Source of the DNA: Gammaproteobacteria bacterium
GTDB lineage: Bacteria > Actinomycetota > Acidimicrobiia > Spongiisociales > UBA4744
NCBI GenBank assembly: GCA_011682695.1
Contig: JAACED010000002.1
Location: 1,314 to 65,313, forward strand
Direction of reading: 5' to 3'
DNA length: 64,000 nucleotides
Positions 57,954-64,000 of this stretch are shown here, in pieces (the stretch's first letter is position 1; each line of letters starts with the position of its first letter). The translations under genes and the position numbers were made by a program. The notes under the pieces were generated by a model. That model did no database searches. It was given only the letters and a program-made list of their open reading frames with translations, and had not been told where the DNA came from.

Positions 57954-58691
57954 TCAATCCTCGTGTTCCTGCTTTTCTCCGTGCGGGCTGACACCCAGGT
58001 ACTGGCGCTGCGCGTCGCGATCGGCGAGCATCCGTTCGGAGGTTGTTTCGAGTGCAATCCTTCCACCAACCATCACTGCAAGACGGTCCGAGACGCTCGT
58101 CGCGACACCCAGGTTCTGTTCGATGAGGAGCAACCCGATTCCGTGCTCCTTCAACCCTTGCAGAATCTCGACGAGCTGATCGACGATGACCGGTGCCAGG
58201 CCTTCCGATGGCTCGTCCATCACCAACAACCGGGGATGGAGCAACAGCGCTCGTGCGATGGCCAGCATCTGCTGCTCACCGCCGGACAGCAGCGAAGCAC
58301 CGAACGCCCGGCGATCCGCCAGGGGTGGGAACAGCTCGTACACACGATCGATGTCCCAAGCGTTGGCACTGCCTTTCCTCTCTACGAGTCTCAAGTGCTC
58401 CGCCACGGTGAGGGAAGGGAACAGCCTCCGGCCCTGCGGCACATACCCGAGGCCCTGAGCGGCAATCCAGTGGGTCTTTCGGTTGGTCAACTCGGCGCCG
58501 TCGAACACGATACTGCCCGAGGCCGCCGGAACGAGTCCCATGATCGCGTTGCAGAGCGTTGTCTTTCCCATGCCGTTTCGCCCGATCAGCGAGATCGGCT
58601 CATCGCCTACCGTCAGGTCGACATCCTGCAGCACATGGCTGCGCCCGTAGTAGGCATTGAGCGACTTGATCTGGAGCAGTGCCTCACTCAT
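57954..58691 (-). CDS. Branched-chain-amino-acid-type ABC transporter ATPase (LivF-like)
   Basis: GRNGMGKT, LSGGEQQ, MDEPSEGL, EQN. Confidence 0.93.
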   Translation of the reverse strand: MSEALLQIKSLNAYYGRSHVLQDVDLTVGDEPISLIGRNGMGKTTLCNAIMGLVPAASGSIVFDGAELTNRKTHWIAAQGLGYVPQGRRLFPSLTVAEHLRLVERKGSANAWDIDRVYELFPPLADRRAFGASLLSGGEQQMLAIARALLLHPRLLVMDEPSEGLAPVIVDQLVEILQGLKEHGIGLLLIEQNLGVATSVSDRLAVMVGGRIALETTSERMLADRDAQRQYLGVSPHGEKQEHED

Positions 58692-59460
58692 GTCCGCGGG
58701 CTCCTAGGTAGATGTCCAGGACGACTTGGTTGTCCTGGATCTCGTCCGGATCGCCCTCGGCGAAAATGGACCCGTTGTGCATCACCGTCACCCAGTCGGC
58801 GGCTTGCAGCGCCACATCCATGTCGTGCTCGATGAGAATCACGGTGATCGTCCCCGGTAATCCTCCCAGAAGGGCCAACAGGTCGGCGCGCTCACTCGGA
58901 GACAACCCTGCCGCAGGCTCGTCGAGCAGGAGCAATCGGGGAGACGATGACAAGGCCATGGCGATCTCCAACTGGCGCTGTTGTCCATGCGACAGTGAGA
59001 CGACACCCGTATCGAGTTCGGATGTCAACCCGACCGACTCGGCCAGTTGTTCCACCGCTGCATGGTCGCGATCGTTCCTGGTCGGCCGCCGGAAGCTGAG
59101 CCGCCTCGGTTTGACGCCTCGGACACCGAGGAAAATGTTGTCGCGAACGCTCAGCCCACCGAAGAGCAGCGACGTCTGGTAGGTGCGGGCCAGACCCATT
59201 CGCGTCCGCTTGTGCGCCGGCAGGTCGGTGATCTTCTTGCCAAAGAGGTAGACGTCGCCCGACGTGGGCAGGTAGTCCCCTGCGATCACGTTGAAGAGCG
59301 TCGTCTTGCCTGCCCCGTTCGGACCGAGGATCGCGCGCCGCTCTCCTTCAGCGATCTCCATCGTTACGTCTCGTACGGCTTGCAGCGCGCCGAAGCGACG
59401 CCCCACGCCCTGCAGTTGCAGGGCGGGGACGTTCGCTTCTGGGCTCGCCTTATCGATCAC
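58684..59460 (-). CDS. ABC transporter ATPase (LivG-like)
   Basis: GPNGAGKT, LSHGQQR, LDEPAAG, IEHDM. Confidence 0.93.
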   Translation of the reverse strand: MIDKASPEANVPALQLQGVGRRFGALQAVRDVTMEIAEGERRAILGPNGAGKTTLFNVIAGDYLPTSGDVYLFGKKITDLPAHKRTRMGLARTYQTSLLFGGLSVRDNIFLGVRGVKPRRLSFRRPTRNDRDHAAVEQLAESVGLTSELDTGVVSLSHGQQRQLEIAMALSSSPRLLLLDEPAAGLSPSERADLLALLGGLPGTITVILIEHDMDVALQAADWVTVMHNGSIFAEGDPDEIQDNQVVLDIYLGARGHE

Positions 59461-60860
59461 GGACAGCTTGGGTACTCTCGAGATGGACCCTGGTAGGTCC
59501 CGTTCGGGAAGAAGAAGTCCTCGGGCTCTCCAAGCGTCTGGTTCACCTGCTCGGCGACCTTGACCAGCTTGTTGTACAGCACGCCATCGGCACGTTCGGT
59601 GACCTCGGTCACGTACTCGTTCGCGATCGCGTTCTGGTTGTGATCCACGCTGACCATACCGGTCGGAGACTCGTACTCGAGGTTGCGCAGCGCCTCACGG
59701 AAGGCCTCCTGCCCACCCGACAAGTCTCCGCCGACCTCTTCGAGTGCCAGCAGGGCCGCCTTGGCATCCACGAAGTAGCCATGTGCGAACAGCGACGGCA
59801 GCGGGAACCGAATCCCGGTCAGCGGGTAGTCCTTGCCTTCCTCCCAGAGCGTCTGATATGCCTTGACCCAGTCCACGTAGACCTGGTCCTGGATATCGTC
59901 GGCGATGGGACCTGCCGCCGGCGTACCGATCACGACCTCTCGGATCCGGGGAGCCTTCGCTCCGAGGATCGACTGGTCGACGGTGATCGAACCACCAACG
60001 AGAGGCAGATCCAGACCGAAGTCCAGCATCTGCGTCAGGAAGTTGATGGCGTCGTTGCCACCCAAGGCGACATACACGGCGTCGAGATCGGAAATGCCCT
60101 GGATCTCGGCGATGATCGAGCTGTAGTCCGTCTCACCGAGCGGGGTCCACAGCTTCTTTGCCACGGTGCCACCCTCCCGACAGAACTCGATCATGAAGCC
60201 CTCGACCTGGCTGTAGGGGAACGAGTAGTCCTCGCCGAGGGTCACCATCTTGCGATAACCCTTTTCGTTGTAGGCATAACTCCCGAGACCCGCCTGCCAC
60301 TGGACACCGTCGGTGCCCCAGCGGAAGAAGTTCCTCGAGCGGATCTCCGGATCCATCGTCGTGTCCTGCGCTGCAGAGGTACCGTTCAACATCGTCTTGT
60401 CCGGTACGCCTTGCATGTAGCGAGCCAGGTTGATCCCCTCATCGCCGGACAGTGGTCCGATGATGATGTCCACGTTGTCTTCTTCGAACAGCTTGCGAGC
60501 TTTGTCACGAGCCACCTCGGCTGTGGCGTCGGTGCTCTCAACGAACACCTCGATCGGGTGACCGGCAACGACCGCGCCTTTGCCCTCACTGTCGCCACCG
60601 AATTCGGCCAGCGCCATGTAGACACCCCGGATGCCATCCTTGCCGGGTTCGACGAAAGGCCCTTCCAGCGTGGCAAGTACACCCAGCCTGATGACCTCAC
60701 CACCCGACGCGGCAGCCGCCGTGGTACTTGTGGTCGTTGCATCCGCAGACGGTGCCGCAGCCGTTGTCTCGGTGGTGCCTCCGCCACAGGCGGTGGCAAT
60801 CAGCGCCAACGCGAGGAACAGGGCTAGCACTGCCCACGATCTTCTCCAGTTCTGACTCAT
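59457..60860 (-). CDS. ABC transporter substrate-binding lipoprotein (type I, LivK/amide/aromatic-type)
   Basis: ATG 60860; lipobox LIATAC, Thr/Ala-rich linker, IIIGPLSG..G, LGEDYSF, P.GETDYS. Confidence 0.88.
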   Translation of the reverse strand: MSQNWRRSWAVLALFLALALIATACGGGTTETTAAAPSADATTTSTTAAAASGGEVIRLGVLATLEGPFVEPGKDGIRGVYMALAEFGGDSEGKGAVVAGHPIEVFVESTDATAEVARDKARKLFEEDNVDIIIGPLSGDEGINLARYMQGVPDKTMLNGTSAAQDTTMDPEIRSRNFFRWGTDGVQWQAGLGSYAYNEKGYRKMVTLGEDYSFPYSQVEGFMIEFCREGGTVAKKLWTPLGETDYSSIIAEIQGISDLDAVYVALGGNDAINFLTQMLDFGLDLPLVGGSITVDQSILGAKAPRIREVVIGTPAAGPIADDIQDQVYVDWVKAYQTLWEEGKDYPLTGIRFPLPSLFAHGYFVDAKAALLALEEVGGDLSGGQEAFREALRNLEYESPTGMVSVDHNQNAIANEYVTEVTERADGVLYNKLVKVAEQVNQTLGEPEDFFFPNGTYQGPSREYPSCP

Positions 60861-60930
60861 CCGACTCTCCCTCCTTCGGGTCGTCCCGTCACGGTCTTCC
60901 CTTGGTGTTGTCCCGCTTATGTCTTCGCAG

Positions 60931-61959
60931 TTATGAAAGCTCTGATTCCACGGTCTCCTCTCCCTCCGAAAGCACGGCCTCCCCCTTGAGCGGGGTACGT
61001 CGCAGCGCTCGGCGAACACGGGCAGGAATCCCCAACAGCCCGTTGGGCGAGAGGATCAGCAACGCGACAAAGACCAGCCCGATGATTGTGTTGAACCGTT
61101 CACGGGTGAAGAACTCGGCCGTGAACGTATCTGCCACGTTGAAGAAGACCGCACCGAGGAATGCCCCCTCTGCGTACGCGATGCCTCCAACGACCGCAAC
61201 GATCAGAATGTCGATGTTGCGCGTCAGGTCGACCACCGATGGGGACATGTTGACCCGGTGCCAAACCATCAGGATGCCACCCAGCCCGGCGATGAAACCT
61301 GCGAAGCCGAACGCCAGCACCTTGTGCAGACCCACCCAGTACCCGAGCGAGCGCATCCGCCGAGGGTTGTCCCGTATCCCCTGCAAGGCCAGACCGAACG
61401 GCGCCCGGCCCACGTAGCGCACGAGTGCATACACGAAAGCGGCGATGACCAGTGAGAAGTAGTAGAAGGAGTTCGGGGACTGCAGGTCGAGTGGCCCGAT
61501 CTTCGGAGGCGGCACGGGACCGATGCCCCGATGACAGTTGAAGATCTCACAGTTCTGGTTCGCGAAGAAGAACACCAGCATCCCCAGGGCGAGAGTGATC
61601 ATCAGCAGATAGATCCCCTCGGTGCGCACGGAGATGAGTCCGAACAGCGCCCCGGCGAGCGTCGCAACCAGGACCCCGAGGACGACCCCGAGCAGCCAGC
61701 TACCCGTCTCGTGGAAACCGACGTACGCCACCGCGTAGCCGGCGAGCCCCGCAGTGGCCAGCTGGGCGAAGGAGATCATCCCGCCGAACTTGACGAGGAA
61801 GATCAGACTTAATGCGATGATGCCCATCCACAGCGACTTGCTGGCGATCTCCGTCACCCAGAACTCGGACACGAGCACCGGGAGCAGGACCAGGAACACC
61901 GCCAGAACCGCTCCGACGGCGACTCTCCAGTCCTTCAGCGCGGCAACGATCCGATCCAT
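60931..61959 (-). CDS. ABC permease (LivM-like)
   Basis: GMISFAQ, EGIY..MITLA, PFG.ALQGIRDN..R..SLG, GG.....GA.LG. Confidence 0.92.
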   Translation of the reverse strand: MDRIVAALKDWRVAVGAVLAVFLVLLPVLVSEFWVTEIASKSLWMGIIALSLIFLVKFGGMISFAQLATAGLAGYAVAYVGFHETGSWLLGVVLGVLVATLAGALFGLISVRTEGIYLLMITLALGMLVFFFANQNCEIFNCHRGIGPVPPPKIGPLDLQSPNSFYYFSLVIAAFVYALVRYVGRAPFGLALQGIRDNPRRMRSLGYWVGLHKVLAFGFAGFIAGLGGILMVWHRVNMSPSVVDLTRNIDILIVAVVGGIAYAEGAFLGAVFFNVADTFTAEFFTRERFNTIIGLVFVALLILSPNGLLGIPARVRRALRRTPLKGEAVLSEGEETVESELS

Positions 61960-61966
61960 GATCTGG

Positions 61967-62842
61967 CTAGAACCCCTCTCGTGCTTCCCGGCCGAACAGG
62001 CCCCGCGGCCGAAGTGCCAGGACGAGGGTCATCAGCGCAAACGTGACCAGAGGCGCGTAGGTGGAGATGTACGCCAGGCTGTACTGGCTGGCCATGCCCA
62101 CCAACAGGGCGCCCACTGCTGCGCCACCGAGGCTGCCCATGCCGCCGACGATGACCACGACCAGCGACGCCACGAGGAACCGGGCATCTTCTCCGGGAAT
62201 GATGGAGAACGCCGTCCCCCCGATCACCCCGGCGAAGCCTGCCAGGAATGCTCCGAGGGCGAATACGACGACGAACACCCGGGCGACGTTGACACCGAGG
62301 GCCGAAAGCATGTCCCGGTCGTCGATACCTGCTCGAATCGTCATGCCGAGCTTGGTTTTGGACAGGAGAAGCCACAGGAGCACGCCGAGCACGGTGGCGA
62401 TCACGACCAGGAAGAGCCGATAGGTGGGATAGCGAATTGCGAGGAGGGGGATCAGCGTGGCGCCTCTGAGGAAGTCGGGGTACGGGAACTGGTAGGCGAA
62501 TCCTCCGTAGCGAGCGAGCATCTGGTCGGCGATGACGATCGAGATTCCAATGGTGATCATCGCCTGTCGAAGATCCTCCCCCTGCATCCAACTGAAGATC
62601 CCCACCTGCAAAAGGATGCCCAGCAGCATCATTGCGAACGCCCCGACGATGAGCCCCAGCCACCAGTTGCCGGTGGCGTCGCCGACCTCCCAACCCAGGT
62701 AGGCGCCGGCGAGATAGAGCGAACCGTGGGCCAGATTGACGATGCGCATGACACCGAAGATGAGGCTGAAGCCACTCGCCACGATGAAGTAAAGGGCGGC
62801 GAGCGTGATGCCATTGAAAGAAGAGATCAGAAACTTGTCCAC
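61967..62842 (-). CDS. ABC permease (LivH-like)
   Basis: ASGFSLIFGVMRIVNLAHG, G...RA..D...M...G, VVVIVGGMGS..GA. Confidence 0.93.
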   Translation of the reverse strand: MDKFLISSFNGITLAALYFIVASGFSLIFGVMRIVNLAHGSLYLAGAYLGWEVGDATGNWWLGLIVGAFAMMLLGILLQVGIFSWMQGEDLRQAMITIGISIVIADQMLARYGGFAYQFPYPDFLRGATLIPLLAIRYPTYRLFLVVIATVLGVLLWLLLSKTKLGMTIRAGIDDRDMLSALGVNVARVFVVVFALGAFLAGFAGVIGGTAFSIIPGEDARFLVASLVVVIVGGMGSLGGAAVGALLVGMASQYSLAYISTYAPLVTFALMTLVLALRPRGLFGREAREGF

Positions 62843-62911
62843 GACCCCTCCCGAGCGTGTCGGCTCTGCATTCCGCGGCCTACGTGCATTTCGGTATCGA
62901 ATCCTCTATCT

Positions 62912-62961
62912 TCGATAATCGATTAAATGAGAGCATACGGACTCACCTGCATCCCCGTCAA
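62912..62961 (-). promoter_or_regulatory. Sigma70-type promoter plus palindromic operator (site C)
   Basis: Minus strand: TTGACG (62961-56), N18, TATGCT (62937-32), N9, TCGATTATCGA (62922-12). The 18-mer ATCTTCGATAATCGATTA is identical to site B. Confidence 0.78.
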
Positions 62962-63055
62962 CCGAAACCTCCTGGCTTCCGTTTCCTGGGAAAGCCCGGC
63001 AGCGGACCCGGGCCCGATGCGGCACGCGCCAGGCCAATGCATCGTTCGCCGCGCC

Positions 63056-63215
63056 CGTGCCTCGGCCGGTGACGTTCGTGGTGTCGATGCCGAGGCAGGA
63101 GCGTCGATGGCAAGGCCGCACAACGAAGGCGCGTTCAGGTGCGTCGAGGCGGAGAACGCAGCGAGCGGCGTCCCTGGCCGGCAGAACACCGCAAAGGTTG
63201 CCGGTCGAGGCACTA
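63056..63215. repeat. MITE-like / structured-RNA repeat, copy 2
   Basis: Right arm CCGCAAAGGTTGCCGGTCGAGGCACT (63189-63214) is identical to copy 1. Left arm 63056-63081 is 19/26 complementary. Lacks the internal hairpin insert of copy 1. Confidence 0.8.
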
Positions 63216-63272
63216 CCGTGCTCGGGCATGCACCGAGCGTTGGATACCGTCTTCATTCTCTGAGAGGAACGC

Positions 63273-64000
63273 ATGGATACACCTCCGCAAGATGACATCG
63301 CCATCGAAGCGACCACTCAACTCAGCCTCTACACGGCCATGGTGCGCGCCCGATATTTCGAAAAGCGGGCCTATGACCTGTTCCTGCAGGGCCTCGTCAA
63401 GGGAACCACGCATCTCGGCCTCGGACAGGAGGCGGTCGCCGCCGGGTTCGCCCAGGCGATGCAGGCCGGCGACATGACCTATTGCACGTACCGCGGCCAC
63501 AACCACACGCTGCTGCGCGGCGCTCCGATGAGCGCACTCATGGGCGAACTGCTCGGCCGGGCAAACGGCATCTGCGACGGCAAGGGTGGTTCCATGCACC
63601 TGACCGATGTGTCTGTCGGCGCCATGGGCTCGTACGCAATCGTCGGCGCCCACCTCCCGATCGCTGCCGGGGCGGCCTGGGCAGCCAAGGTGCGCGGTAC
63701 CTCTCAGGTCTCCGTGTGTTTCTTCGGCGACGGGACAACCAACATCGGTGCCTTTCACGAGGCGCTCAATATCGCCTCGGTCTGGAAGCTGCCCGTGGTA
63801 TTCGTCTGCGAGAACAACCTCTACATGGAATACACGCCGATCGCCGATGTCACCGCTGTGCCGAACCCGGCTGCGGATCGTGCCCCCGCGTACGGTCTCG
63901 AGGGCACGATCGTGGACGGCAACGATGTCGAAGCGGTCTACGCCACGGCGCTCGCTGCGATCACGCGGGCCCGGAGCGGCGAAGGCCCGGCGCTCATCGA
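63273..64000 (+). CDS. TPP-dependent dehydrogenase E1 alpha subunit (acetoin/pyruvate DH type); runs off the window end
   Basis: My translation from ATG 63273 (absent from the ORF track because no stop is reached): GTTHLGLGQEA, TYRGH, GKGGSMH, FFGDGTTN.GAFHE.LN, CENNLY. Confidence 0.92.
   Translation, partial: MDTPPQDDIAIEATTQLSLYTAMVRARYFEKRAYDLFLQGLVKGTTHLGLGQEAVAAGFAQAMQAGDMTYCTYRGHNHTLLRGAPMSALMGELLGRANGICDGKGGSMHLTDVSVGAMGSYAIVGAHLPIAAGAAWAAKVRGTSQVSVCFFGDGTTNIGAFHEALNIASVWKLPVVFVCENNLYMEYTPIADVTAVPNPAADRAPAYGLEGTIVDGNDVEAVYATALAAITRARSGEGPALI

Overview
High-GC bacterial chromosome segment, most likely from an actinobacterium of the Acidimicrobiia type. This is an inference from CWB2 surface proteins, F420-type LLM oxidoreductases, a dlaT-lipB/lipA block and a truncated actinobacterial PPDK. 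It has four blocks. (1) 1-23.6 kb: surface-glycan region with glycosyltransferases, an AlkP-superfamily enzyme, a GT-C-like membrane protein, a sulfotransferase, rfbCBAD, two proteins with triple CWB2 repeats and a sat-cysC/SLC13/cysQ PAPS-supply module; pepA, a PduO-type adenosyltransferase and tkt are interspersed. (2) 23.8-30.2 kb: lpdA-dlaT-(lipB::lipA fusion)-pepQ. (3) 30.4-43.3 kb: plus-strand metabolic genes, including an archaeal-type GAPDH + PGK pair and a split transketolase. (4) 43.4-64 kb: a minus-strand run of about 19 kb (liv-type ABC transporter, Tm-1-like/UPF0261 protein, its TIM-barrel partner, a PpsA-like His-swivel phosphotransferase subunit, GntR, HprK-like P-loop protein, XDH-family Mo-hydroxylase, cyclase, Zn-ADH, LMW-PTP, truncated PPDK::wHTH fusion), plus a divergent E1-alpha gene. 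The best candidate for an undescribed system is a regulon. Three promoters (36.15, 45.6 and 62.95 kb) share one architecture, TTGAC[C/G]-N18-TAnnnT followed 6-9 nt later by the same palindrome TCGAT-W-ATCGA. This ties the transporter operon, the ATP-grasp donor and the split-transketolase operon into one apparently phosphorylation-dependent catabolic pathway for an unknown substrate. Two non-coding repeat families are present (REP/BIME-like at three loci; a MITE-like or structured-RNA element in two copies). No CRISPR array, rRNA, tRNA or transposase was recognised. All family assignments come from motif recognition by eye, not from database searches.
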